Assembly: GCA_963823665.1 (NCBI GenBank)
Contig: CAWGMQ010000004.1
Location: forward strand, 800,001-864,000
Length of the DNA stretch: 64,000 nt
Origin: an uncultured Planctomycetota bacterium
GTDB taxonomy: Bacteria > Planctomycetota > Planctomycetia > Isosphaerales > Isosphaeraceae
Direction of reading: 5' to 3'
Under the pieces are notes generated by a model. The model saw only the letters and a list, made by a program, of their open reading frames with translations, ran no database searches and was not told where the DNA came from. The position numbers were made by a program, and so were the translations under genes. Positions 21,301 to 32,287 of this stretch are shown here, one piece after another (position 1 is the stretch's first letter; the number at the start of each line of letters is the position of its first letter).

Positions 21301-24300
21301 CCAGGCGGGAATGCCGGCAACGGGTACGCCGGCGGCAACGCCGGCGCCGGTGGTGCCGGTGGATGGGGGCGCGGCGGCGGGATTTATGTGCCCGGTGGCG
21401 GCGTACTCGTGCTGAACCAGGGGAGCAGCCTCGCGGGCAATCTTGCAGCCGGCGGAGCGGGCGGCGATGGCGGCGACGGAGGATCAGGCGGCTTCGGTGG
21501 TGACGGCGGCCGCGGTGGCCTTGGAGCTGCCGGGGCTCTTGGCGGCGGTGCAGGCGGGCCGGGGGGTAAAGGCGGCGAGGGCGGTAACGCCGGGCGCGCT
21601 GGACTTGCCGCGGCAGGTGGCTACGGCGGCAGCAGCGCCGGCGGTGGAATCTATCTCGGCGGCGGGCTCGTTCAGGAGAACGCCGGTGCTTCCGTTGCAT
21701 CGAACATCGCCCTTGGCGGGGCGGGCGGAGTTGGTGGACATGCTTACGTGGGCGAAGTCGGCTTTGCCGGCAGCGGTGGACCGGGTGGGCCAGGAGGCGC
21801 GGGCACGGCATTGCATCCGACCGGCGGCATGGGAGGAGCAGGGGCGCAGCCGGCACCGTCGGCTTGGTTGCGGCGGCCAATAACGGCGCTAACGGAGGAG
21901 CCGGCGGGGCCGGCTACGGCGGAGGAGTTTATCTTCAATCTGGATTGTTGACGTTCGACGATGGGTCGCTCTCCGGCAATCAGGCGATCGGCGGCTCCGG
22001 TGGTGCGGGCGGCGTCGCGGGGTATGGCGACCCCGGCGGCTATGGTGCGCAGGGCGGTCGCGGCGGCACAGGGGGCCCCGGTGCGGCCGGGGCTGCCGGA
22101 GGGGCGGGCGGCGTCGCCGGCCTCTTGGGGCATGTCGACAATGGCGGGCGCGCAGGCAACGGCGGTATTGGCGGAGCAGGAGGCATCGGTGCGGGTGGCG
22201 GCCTGTATTTCGGCGGAGGCTTGATCGTGGACAACGGCGCGACGATCACGCTGAACATCGCTCGCGGGGGAGCCGGTGGAGCAGGCGGGTGGGGATTCTC
22301 GGGCGGGCAGGGCGGATTCGCAGGGTATGCCGGCCAGGGAGGCGGTGGTGGAGCGGGCGTGCCCGCGGCAGCGGGCGAGCTCGGTGCAATCGCGGCGCCG
22401 GGTGCCAACGGCGGAACTGGCGGTATCGGCGGCGCCGGCGGGGCTGGCGGAGCAGGCCTCGGTGGTGGCATGTACATATCCACGGGCGCCGTCGCACTTG
22501 CCACAGACTCGATCACGAACAATCAAGCTGTGGGCGGCGCCGGCGGCGCAGGGGGCACGGCTGGCGCTGGAGGATACGGCGGCTCGGGTGGATATGGCGG
22601 CTATGGCGGGGGCGGCGGCGAAGGAACGGGACGAGCGGCAGGGGCAATCGCGGGTGCGGGTGCGCTCGCAGGTCGCGGCGGCAACGGCGGCGTGCCGGGA
22701 ACGCCCGGCGCGGCGGGTGGTGGCGGAATAGCAGCGGGCGGCGGCATTTACTTCGGTGGCGGCTTGCTGCTCGATGGAGGCGCGGCGATCAATGGCAATG
22801 TCGCTGTCGGCGGCGCGGGAGGAGTCGGCGGCGCGGGCGACGTCGGCGGGCGCGGCGGCTTCGGCGGCCCCGGTGGTGGCGGATTCAACGGCGGTTTCGG
22901 GGGTAAGAGCGCGGCCGGAGGCAATGGCGGCGCAGGAGGAACCGGCGGCGCAGGGGGCAACGGCGGAGCGGGCCAGGCGGGAGGCCCGGGCGCAACCGGA
23001 GGCGCCGCCTATGGTGGCGGTGTCTACATCGCATCGGGTACGGTGACATTCATCGGCGGCTCGATCGACGGCGATCAAGCAGTGGGAGGCGCTGGCGGGG
23101 CGGGGGGCGCGGGCGGGGCAGGTGGTGCTGGCGCGAGAGGAGGCCGAGGGGGCGCGGCGCAAACGGTCAGCAAGGGGCGTTCGGAATCTACGGCGGGCAC
23201 GGTGGTGAAGGAGGCGCGGGGGGACGCGGCGGCAATGATGGAATTCCAGGTGTCGCGGGGGCAGGCGGCGCGGGGGGCCAGGGAGGCGCTGGAGATGGCG
23301 GAGGAATGTTTATCGGCGGTGGGACGGTGACGGCAAACGGCACGATCGCGAGCGACGACGAGGCCGTTGGCGGCGCGGGTGGCGAAGGCGGTGCAGGGGG
23401 CAAGGGTGGATTTGCTTATCGGGCAGGGTATGGCGGCGATGGGGGAGGTGGCGGCAACGGCGGCTGGGGCTCGACCGGAGGCATCGGCGCGTCGGGTCAT
23501 GGCGGTGTGGGTGCCAACGGCGCGAATGGCGGCGGCGCGGGTGTAAACCACGCCGGAGGGAATGGCGCCGCAGGCGGAGCGGGCGGGGCGGGCGGCAACG
23601 GCGCGGGGGGCAGCATCTATCAAAGCGCAGGCACACTCGTATGGACCGCGGGGAACATCACTGGAAACACCGCTGTCGGTGGCGTGGGCGGAGCCGGCGG
23701 CGACGGCGGGATTGGTGGAACCGGGGGTGGCGGAGACTCGGGCAACGTGTACACGAAGGGAGGTGGAAACGGAGGATTCGGCGGACGGGGCGGTCCCGAG
23801 CTGTCTGACGGACTTGGCGGCCCGGGCGGGAATGCCGGCAACGACGCGAGTGGCCCGAACGGAGGCAACGGCGGCAATGGCGGCAAGGGGGGCAACGGCG
23901 GCTCCGGCGGCTCCGGCGATGGCGGCGGCTTATATATCAATGGCGGCATCTTGACGCTGAACCAGGGGAGCGTCTCCGGGAACGAGTCTGGTGGCGGCGC
24001 CGGCGGCCACGGCGGAGCGGGCGGAGCGGGCGGCATCGGGATGGACGGCGGCAACGGCGGCGGCGTGTACCAGGGCGTGAGCAGCAGCGGCTCGGCCACA
24101 AGGACAGACTCGGGTTACTACGTCCATTTCGTGGGCGTTAACACGGGCGGCCAAGGCGGAACGAACGGGCCGGGCGGCGCGGGCGGTAATGGAGCCAACG
24201 GTGGAAATGGAGGCAACGGCGGAAACGGCGGGAATGGAGGCAACGGCGGAAACGGCGGGAATGCAGCCGGCGGTGGGATGTACATGAACGCCGGGCTCGT

Positions 24301-24643
24301 GACGGTGAATGGCACGGTGTTCAGCAAAAACACGCTGATGGGTCCGGCGCTGGGCGGCCCGGTTGGCGCGGCAGGCGAAGGCGGCGGCATCGCAACCTCA
24401 CAAGGCGTGCCGCTGGTCGGCCTGGGAGGTCCGGGCGGCTCGGGCGGGTTCAGCAATGGAACCGAGTTCGGTTCGATCGGGACGCAGCGCGGGCCGGACG
24501 GGAAAGCGGGTAAGAACGGAGCGGCCGGTCATGCTGGGGCCGGCGGCGCGGCGGGAACGGCGGCAGGGGCCGCGGGAAGTAATGCTAAGGATACCAACTC
24601 GGGGGGGATTTATGTGGCTAATGGGAAGTTGATTGTGCACTAG
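18351..24643 (+). CDS. Large secreted S53 (sedolisin-like) peptidase with planctomycete extracellular motif and Gly-rich PGRS-like C-terminus (frameshifts ~18405, ~21845, ~23150)
   Basis: GGAGG RBS; 'VEGLENRVILS'; 'EVALDIEW', 'ATGDNG', 'GGTSLATPLWAG', 'GYDLVTGVGSP'; >1,300 aa of GGxGGx repeats. Confidence 0.85.
20560..24640 (+). repeat. Gly-rich coding repeat: ~16 'GGG(I/L/V/M)Y..G.L' modules separated by GGxGGx tracts
   Basis: Modules counted across the three joined frames. Confidence 0.8.
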
Positions 24644-24770
24644 GTGGTTGATGGTGGGGCGGCGTTGGTACTGGGACAGGGTTGTGATTCGGCTGTGAGT
24701 CGGGCAAGGCGATCTGGGTCTGCGCGGGCTGCTTGATCGACGGATTGTGTGGGATGCGGGGTTCTGCCTC

Positions 24771-27700
24771 TCAGGCGTCTGCACGACCGGTCGCGGCTGC
24801 TTCAGGGCGGGCGCCGACCCTGACGTCCCAGCCGAGGAGTAGCGAGAGCTCGGCCAGAGTCTTTTCCAGTTCGTAGGGCGGGAGGTTGACCATCGCCGCG
24901 CACTTCTCGATGTGTTCGCGCGGGAGAGGATTGTGGGGATCGAGGTAAGGCTTGGGTTCGAACGACTCGAAGAACAGCAGACGGCCGAATTGTGAGTGAG
25001 TCTCGCCAACGATGCTGGCTGCGATGCACCGCGTGCCACGATTGGGATCATTGACGGCGCGTTCGATGAGCAGCTTTCGCGGCCGCTCGTGTGGACACGT
25101 TACCGTCAAGAAGCGCAGTGCGATGCCTCTTACGAAGCCGTCCTGATCCTGGACGGCGCGATCGATCAGCAGCGCTCGCGTCGTCTCGTCAGGCCACGTT
25201 TTCGCCAACAAATGCAACGCGACGTGTCGCGAGGAAACGTCGTGGTCTTGAACCGCTCGTTGGGTGAGCAACTCTCGCGTCGCGTCGTCCGGCCACGTCT
25301 CCGCGGACCGCTGCAATGCGACGCGTTGTACGGAGCGATCGTTATCTTGAACGGCGCGTGTGGTGAGCAGCGTTCGCGTCGTCTCGTCAGGCCACGTCTG
25401 CGCCAGCAACTCGAGCGCGGCGGCTCGTACGGAGCCGTCCCCGTCTTGAACCGCGTGTTTACAGAGAAGCTCTCGGGTCGCCTCGTCCGGCCATCTTCCG
25501 GCAAGAGCACGAATCGCGGGCAATCGGATCAAGGGGTCGTCGCAAACGCACAGTTGTAAGACCAGGTCGCTGCTCGCCATGACGTTTGCGACGAACCCGG
25601 GCCAGCAAGAGGGGCCCAGACTACGGCGAGACTCATTTCGCACGGGTACGACACTACCCAGAAGTTCATCGCGTCCAGGCCAACGCGGCCCGAGCTCCCG
25701 GGATGCGTTGTGAAGGTCGCCCACGAAGAAACTGTGTATGGCAGGCGAGAATCCGGCGGCTCTAAACACACCAGCGACTTGTCGCAACAATTGCCCTCCC
25801 GCCGCAGCGATCTGCTCAGGATTGCGGCATTCAGACAGACACCAGATTGCCAGCGGTAATTCCGGAAGAGGAGTGTCACCGTCCCATTGCTCCAAGTTCG
25901 TGTGTGTGGCCAAACGCTCGACGATGAGGCCGACGTGCTTTTCATCGATCTGACCGCAAATCAGCCGCAAGACTTCTCGCCAGTCGTCGTCGCAGCAGTG
26001 GTCGACGAAAAGCGCGATCAGGCCCTTTTCATCCAGTGTCTTGGCAGTATTGAACTGATGCACGACGTCGGCCGCACAGAAGTACTCCAGAAATGTGCGG
26101 TGCACGAAGCTGTAACTATCCGCGCCCACGAAGCAGAGGATGAAGCTCCGCTGGCGCAGGTGTTCGACCACGGCTCGGGCGGCGGCGGCTCCTGCCTGCG
26201 CGAAGCGCCGATCGTTGCACAGGTAGTCTTCGATCAGGCCCTCCAGCCTTTCTCCAGCGATTATATTTCCCTTAAGTCCGTCGGGACCGGACTGCATGAA
26301 CGACGCGATCTTTCGAAGTATTTCATTCTTTTCACGCCGACCGATCTCTTTGCTCAATCCGGGAAAGTCCGCCAGCGCACGTTCCGTGTCCCATTGATGC
26401 ATCAGCAGTCGAGATGCCTGGGCATACAACTCGACCCGGTCGCGGGGCAATTTCTGGTTGCGGTTGAGGATCGCCATCATCGTCAGGAGCAGCGGGTTGC
26501 GCGCGAACATCGCGATCGATTTCGAATCGCGAATTCCCTTCTTGAGCCGTTCCCGCTTCGGGGCCGCTTGCTCGGCGCTTTCAAAGGTTTCTTCATGCCA
26601 GCGATCGATAAATGCGTCGATTTGTGCTGCGTTCAGGTCTTGCAGCATGAAGTGTCGGAACTCGGCGTCGCGCAGACGCTGCGACTGGTAACCGACGACG
26701 CGTGAAGTGATGACAACTGGCGTCTGCGCTTGCTGGTTGATGAATCGCTGGATGTCGTTGACAACATCCTCACGGGTCTTCGCGTCAAAGATCTCGTCGA
26801 GACCATCGAGCAGAAGGATCGCGCGGCCTGACTGATCGAGCAGTCGTTGCAGAACTCCCGCCGGCCACGTGTGCCAGACTTGACCTTCTTCCAGGAATCG
26901 GACCAACCCCTTCTGACCCACGCACTGCCAGCGACCGTAGCGGCCCAGTTCGATCACCAGCGGAACCGGCACGGCGTCACGCGCTTGGGGATCGGCGATC
27001 CTGGCCCAACGGAGGGCGAGGCACCTAACGAGCGAAGACTTGCCGGAGCCTGGGTCGCCGAGGATCACAACGCGGTGACTCGCGGACAGTGATGTCGTCC
27101 GGAAGGCTCCGTCGATGACTTCCAGCACGGAATGCAACGGCTGGCTGAAGAATCTCCGGCGCAAGTCCTCCGCCTCGACTTCCATCGCGTTGAGTGGTTT
27201 AGCGGTGAGCCGGCCGGATTTCAACAGTCGATTCTGGTGTTCTTTGGGAATTTCGAGCAGCCGCGGGTTATACTCGTCACATTCGCGCGGACTGCGGCAC
27301 GAAGACACTCCATAATCGCACGCCGCTGTAAAACGTGCCTGTTGTGTCGAGCACTTCAAAATTGAGCTTGTCGAATCGCATACGGACAGCGCTTCGGTAC
27401 CGCTCGGAATCGAACTGGGCGGGTAACGCGGAAGACTCCGCGCCGCGCTCAGCAACCCACGGTCGTGACGAATCGGCAAGCCAGAGATTCAAATCCCGAT
27501 CGAACACGTCGCGGAATGTGTCGGGGCCGGCGTATTCGGCGTAGAAGACGGGATACTCGAAGGCCTGCATTTTCTTGCGAAAGTCGAGCACCTGTTGCCA
27601 TTGTGTGAGGGCGATCATCGCTTGGGCAGGCTCGGCCGGGATTTCCACCATGTCCACCTTACGGAAGAACCACTTGATCTCCGGGAAGCCGGCTTCTTTG

Positions 27701-28035
27701 TGGCTCTGCATCGCCCGGTTGAATTCTTCTTCCGTGCCGGATTCCGCGACGCCAGTCGGGGAACCGAATCGCTGGCCCATGATGCCGACAACGAGTGCGA
27801 GGGATTTCTTGTACTTCTCAAGCGTTTGCCGCGTGATGAGCTCCTGGGGCCGGCCGACGCCCGCCGTTGCGAAGTTTTCCCAGTCGACGACCACGAATCT
27901 TGCATTCCAGAGATGGGCGGTGCTGCGGTTATAGTCGTCGAAGAAGCGGCGCACGTGCTGGCGCTCGGCGTTCACGTCGCCGGGCGAGGCGAGGAAGACG
28001 TGGTATTCCTTGATCAGTCGGGGCGTGAGCGGCAT
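24771..28035 (-). CDS. NLR-like STAND protein, paralogue 2: DUF4062-like, NACHT, 5 HEAT-like repeats (frameshift ~27286)
   Basis: Near-identical N-terminus 'MPLTP.L.KEYHVFLASPGDV'; 'GDPGSGKS', 'LLLDGLDE', 'FVHRTFLEYF'; shared C-cap 'HS.FGRLLF...Y.DPH.PL...LLGWDV.VGA'. Confidence 0.85.
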
Positions 28036-28346
28036 CGGGAGTCACCCCTGGACATCGGCGTGCGTGATGAGTCGTCGAGATAAGGCGATTTTCGGGTATC
28101 GCGCGGTGCTGAACAAGGTGTGAGGTGGCGCGGCTCGGGATCGGTGAATCAACACTCGGGTGCGCTGGCTGATCGAGAATGCGATCGGACTCACGTCCGA
28201 GGTTGGCGGTTCCCCGTCTGAACCACGGTCTCACGACCGTGGTGACGTGGTGGTGACTCGCGGCCGGTCGTGGTTGAAAACTGGATGGGCGGTGTAAGCT
28301 TGGGACTGGTGGGCTCTCTTCTTGGGTCATCGATAAGGAGCCGAAC

Positions 28347-29510
28347 GTGGTGCGAAAGCCGCGTGCGTGGCAAGTTGATCGGGCATGGCTTGCATTGTTT
28401 GCCTTTGGGCTCGCAGGCGGGACGAGCGGCGCCGATGATCCGCCGCGCGTTCTTGAACTGGTCAAGGTCTATTCGGAGGCAGGGCGGTTTGCGGGCTGGC
28501 CGGCCAACCACGGCATCTGGTCGTGGGGGGAAGAAGTCCTGGTCGGTTTCAGCCGAGGATACGAAAAGGACAACGGCGCGGATTATCACATCGATGCGGA
28601 CCGGCCCGAAGACTTCCTGCTGGCCCGTAGCAAGGATGGCGGAGCCACCTGGTCGATTGAAGTGCCAAATCCGCCCGGCGCGATGGTGGGCACGCGGGGC
28701 ATGCGTCACGCAGCGATGCCGCCGGGCGTCCCTGAAGAGCGGCCGTTGCCGCTTCGGGAACCGATCGATTTTACAAATCCGGATTTCGCGCTGGCTGTGC
28801 ACATGGAGGATCACCGAAAGGGCACCTCGTGTTTTTATTCCTCTTACGACCGTGGCAAGAGCTGGCGCGGGCCGTTTGGTCTTCCCGTGTTCGGGCAGAA
28901 GGGCGTGATGGGCCGCACCGATTACATCGTCGAGGGACGCCGCACCTGTTTGCTCTTCCTGACGGCAACCAAAACCGACGGGACCGAAGCGCGACCATTT
29001 TCGGCTCGAACGACGGACGGAGGCCTGACCTGGCAATTCCTCGGATTCATCGGCCCGGAGCCGCGCGGATATGCGGTCATGCCGTCGACGGTTCGCCTCT
29101 CATCAACCGACCTGGTCACAACCGTGCGCCTGCGAGATTCTCCGCGCCGGTGGATCGACGCATATGTCTCGCATGACGACGGCCGGACGTGGTCTTTCCT
29201 CGCAACGCCGGCGCCCGACATCGGTGGCGGAAACCCGCCGTGCCTGGTGCGTTTGGCGGACGGACGGCTTTGCTTGACGTATGGGTACCGTGCTCAGCCC
29301 TATTCCATTCAGACGCGGCTGAGCGCCGATCAGGGCAAAACGTGGACGGAGCCATTCATGCTTCGTGGCAACGGCGGCAGCCAGGACATCGGGTATTGCC
29401 GTTCGGTCGTTCGGCCCGATGGCAAGGTTCTGACGGTTTATGCGTTTCATGACCGCGTTGGGTCCTTGCGCGAAATTGAGGCGACGATCTGGGATGCTGG
29501 GGGCCGGTGA
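28347..29510 (+). CDS. Secreted BNR/Asp-box (sialidase-like beta-propeller) protein
   Basis: Signal peptide; Asp boxes 'SKDGGATW', 'SYDRGKSW', 'TTDGGLTW', 'SHDDGRTW', 'SADQGKTW'; TAAGGAG RBS. Confidence 0.85.
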   Translation: MVRKPRAWQVDRAWLALFAFGLAGGTSGADDPPRVLELVKVYSEAGRFAGWPANHGIWSWGEEVLVGFSRGYEKDNGADYHIDADRPEDFLLARSKDGGATWSIEVPNPPGAMVGTRGMRHAAMPPGVPEERPLPLREPIDFTNPDFALAVHMEDHRKGTSCFYSSYDRGKSWRGPFGLPVFGQKGVMGRTDYIVEGRRTCLLFLTATKTDGTEARPFSARTTDGGLTWQFLGFIGPEPRGYAVMPSTVRLSSTDLVTTVRLRDSPRRWIDAYVSHDDGRTWSFLATPAPDIGGGNPPCLVRLADGRLCLTYGYRAQPYSIQTRLSADQGKTWTEPFMLRGNGGSQDIGYCRSVVRPDGKVLTVYAFHDRVGSLREIEATIWDAGGR

Positions 29511-29819
29511 CGGGAAGCTTGTTTCGAGTCTGTCGATCGCCACGGCCGACCGTGCCGATCGAATGGGTGTGGACCTGGTTCCTGGCGATTGCCAGTGGCG
29601 GGAGAATTTCGTGGGAGAAGTGTAACCAGCCGATCCGCACGAGCCTCGATACATTCATCTTCAGATCGTTCTCGCCGATGCCGAGCGTGCCTTCCCGAGG
29701 CGGCGGGCAACGGTCTGGATCTTGCAGGCTGGGGCTCAGATCTCGAAAATGGCGTGGAACCGAGAATGCCGGGCTGGCTAGGATTCCAGCACAATTGCCG
29801 GGAGCGCCGGACGGAGATT

Positions 29820-30287
29820 ATGTCTCACGCCCAGACGAAAAGCCCACTCAGACGCTGGCGCTTTCGTGGAATGCGAGCGACCGCATTGGTCTTGCTTGTG
29901 TGGACCTCCGCGGGCTGCAGCGCGGGCGACGGCCTGAATCGCCAAGCGATCTCGGGAGCCGTGACATGCGATGGTCATCCGCTTTCGACTGGGGCGATTC
30001 TGTTCGAGCCGGCGACGGATGGGTCTGGCACAGCGGTCGGCTCGACGATCCGGCACGGGAGTTTTGCGGTCCCGCGGCACGACGGGCCGGTCCCGGGTCG
30101 CTACCGTGTGCGGATCTATGCGAGCTCGGGAACCCAGGCTCCGCCGACAGAGGGACATAGTGATCGCACGCCCCGGCCGATGGTCGAATTGCTCCCTGAA
30201 ACGTACAATACGCGTACCGAGCTCGTTGCGGAAGTGATCGTGCGGCGAGCGAACCACTTTCGGTTCGACCTGCGCTCCCGTCATTGA
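29820..30287 (+). CDS. Planctomycete lipoprotein of the type that accompanies DUF1559 genes
   Basis: Lipobox 'SAGC'; 'ISGAVTCDGHPL..GAI.FEP...GPVPGRYRVRI...LPETYN..TEL'. Confidence 0.75.
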   Translation: MSHAQTKSPLRRWRFRGMRATALVLLVWTSAGCSAGDGLNRQAISGAVTCDGHPLSTGAILFEPATDGSGTAVGSTIRHGSFAVPRHDGPVPGRYRVRIYASSGTQAPPTEGHSDRTPRPMVELLPETYNTRTELVAEVIVRRANHFRFDLRSRH

Positions 30288-30352
30288 CCAGCCGGTCAGC
30301 ATGAACCGTCGGCGCCCGAGCCCTATAATCCACCTTTGAGAAGGTCACACGC

Positions 30353-31327
30353 ATGAAATTCCGGCCTCGCGGCTTCACTCTGATCGAGCTGCTCGTCGTG
30401 ATCTCGATCATCGCGGTCGTGGTTGCTTTGTTCCTGCCTGCGGTCCTGGCGGCTCGCGAGGCGTCTCGCCGAGCCCAGTGTGCCGCCAACCTCAAGCAGA
30501 TCAGCCTGGCGATGCACCAGTATCACGGTGTTCACTCCGTGCTCCCGCCCGGCAAGAAAGGCTGTTGCTGGGGCACGTGGCTCATCTATGTGTTGCCTTA
30601 CCTCGAGCAACAGGCGCTCTACAACTCGTGGAACTCCTGCGGCATCAACGCCGTGGGTGCGCCTGAGAACATCGACCTCGACTTGCGTTACTTCGGAGTG
30701 ACCAACCGGACCGTGACCTCGACGTGGCTTAGCGTTTATCTCTGCCCGAGCGACCAGACAAACGCGCCCATCGCGGCGGCAATGAACGGCATCACTTATG
30801 CCTGTACGTCGCAGAATTACGCCGGTAACTTCGGCAACTCGATCGTGACGCAGACCGATTTCCAGGACATCCGATTCGGCGGTGCGCCCTTCGTCGACAT
30901 CGGATCGCCGGAGGGTGATTACGGCCAGCCGGGCCGAAAGACGGTCGGCTTCAGCTCCATTCGCGATGGCCTGAGCACCACGCTCCTGGTATCGGAGGTG
31001 ATCGTGGGGCAGGCGCAGGACCTGCGCGGGTTTTCCTGGTGGGGCGACGCTGCGACCTTTGAAGCGTTTGCGTCCCCCAACAGCTCATTCCCGGATGTCA
31101 TGTTTAGCCCGTTCTATTGCATCAACCAGCCGCCAAACCCCCCGTGTATCGGCGCGACCACAGCGCTGCCTGACATGTATGCGGCTCGTAGCCGCCACCA
31201 AAGCGGCGTGAACGCTGGGATGTGCGACGGCTCGGTGCACTTTATCAAAAACTCCATCAACCTGCGTACCTGGCGGGCGCTGAGCACCACGCAGGGCGAT
31301 GAGGTCATCAGCGCCGACCAGTATTGA
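30353..31327 (+). CDS. DUF1559 (prepilin-type N-terminal methylation) protein
   Basis: '[14 protein letters not shown]', '[15 protein letters not shown]', 'LPYLEQ', H-X9-DG motif '[14 protein letters not shown]'; TATAAT at 30324. Confidence 0.93.
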   Translation: MKFRPRGFTLIELLVVISIIAVVVALFLPAVLAAREASRRAQCAANLKQISLAMHQYHGVHSVLPPGKKGCCWGTWLIYVLPYLEQQALYNSWNSCGINAVGAPENIDLDLRYFGVTNRTVTSTWLSVYLCPSDQTNAPIAAAMNGITYACTSQNYAGNFGNSIVTQTDFQDIRFGGAPFVDIGSPEGDYGQPGRKTVGFSSIRDGLSTTLLVSEVIVGQAQDLRGFSWWGDAATFEAFASPNSSFPDVMFSPFYCINQPPNPPCIGATTALPDMYAARSRHQSGVNAGMCDGSVHFIKNSINLRTWRALSTTQGDEVISADQY

Positions 31328-31381
31328 CGGATTGATTGTGACGACGGCCGGGGGAAATCACCCGAGTGATGAAAACAAGCA

Positions 31382-31414
31382 CCCCACTCCGAACCTTGAG
31401 GATTCGGAGTGGGG
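31382..31414. terminator. Hairpin between convergent genes (possible bidirectional terminator)
   Basis: ccccactccgaa-N9-ttcggagtgggg, 12-bp perfect stem. Confidence 0.6.
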
Positions 31415-31506
31415 CTTCGGCTCGCCTTGGCCAAAATCCGCGCACAGCGTCGTGACGCGGAACGTTCGGGACGCCGGCACGAACGGATGCCGCGTTTGCT
31501 CGTGAC

Positions 31507-32262
31507 TCACGTTGACGCGGATCGTGAACAAGAAGGCCGTCTGCGGAAATGCAGCGCGGTCATCACGACGAGCCCACCAAGGACCAACAGAACGATCGAC
31601 GACGGCTCAGGGACGCTGGCCGTCGAGATAAACGCTTGATACGGACCATCCGTGCCAGTGATTCCGAAACTCGAAGTCACGACGCTGGCATTGCCGATAG
31701 TCGACCAGCCGGTGAAATCACCTGTGCCAAATGATCCGTTCACGATGGTTCCCGAAGTCAGCGAGATGCCGCTGAGCAACAGGCCAGAGCTGAACTGATC
31801 GGACGTTACATCGACGACCCCGATGCCCCAGGAGTAGGTCCCGGGTGCAAGGTTCGCGGAGAATGTCTGGTAGCCGGTTTGGGACAGGAAGCCCGTTTGG
31901 GCCGGCGCCGCCGTCAATGTTGAAAAGTTATCAGCGAAATCGGTGAGCGCCGGCTGCGTTGTGAAGGCGAACGGATTGAGTGCAGCGAGCGGGTTGCTGG
32001 CCGGACTAGGAGAGTTGGTCAGGAAGTCGTAGTTGAAGGCGAGCGTGCCCCCGCCGGCCCCGACGGTAATCGTCTGCATGATGGCCGACCCGTTCATCAC
32101 CGGCCCGTTGTTGAGGCCGGACAGGCTGCCCTGCGAAAGCCCCAGAAAAGTCTCCAGTTGCGACTCGGGAACCGCGGACTGAGCCCGGACGACCCCGCAG
32201 CCCAGGAAGGAGGAGATCGAAATCACCGCGACCCACAGTTTCACTATGTGATAATTGCTCAT
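31507..32262 (-). CDS. PEP-CTERM sorting-signal surface protein
   Basis: Signal peptide; S/T/G-rich body; 'VPEPSSIVLLVLGGL...RRR'. Confidence 0.88.
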   Translation of the reverse strand: MSNYHIVKLWVAVISISSFLGCGVVRAQSAVPESQLETFLGLSQGSLSGLNNGPVMNGSAIMQTITVGAGGGTLAFNYDFLTNSPSPASNPLAALNPFAFTTQPALTDFADNFSTLTAAPAQTGFLSQTGYQTFSANLAPGTYSWGIGVVDVTSDQFSSGLLLSGISLTSGTIVNGSFGTGDFTGWSTIGNASVVTSSFGITGTDGPYQAFISTASVPEPSSIVLLVLGGLVVMTALHFRRRPSCSRSAST

Positions 32263-32287
32263 TATGTTATCTCCTTGATGTGAGTGC

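Noticed and set aside
20355..24456. Pro-rich and Arg-rich ORFs on other frames
   Set aside because: By-products of the Gly-rich repeat coding sequence
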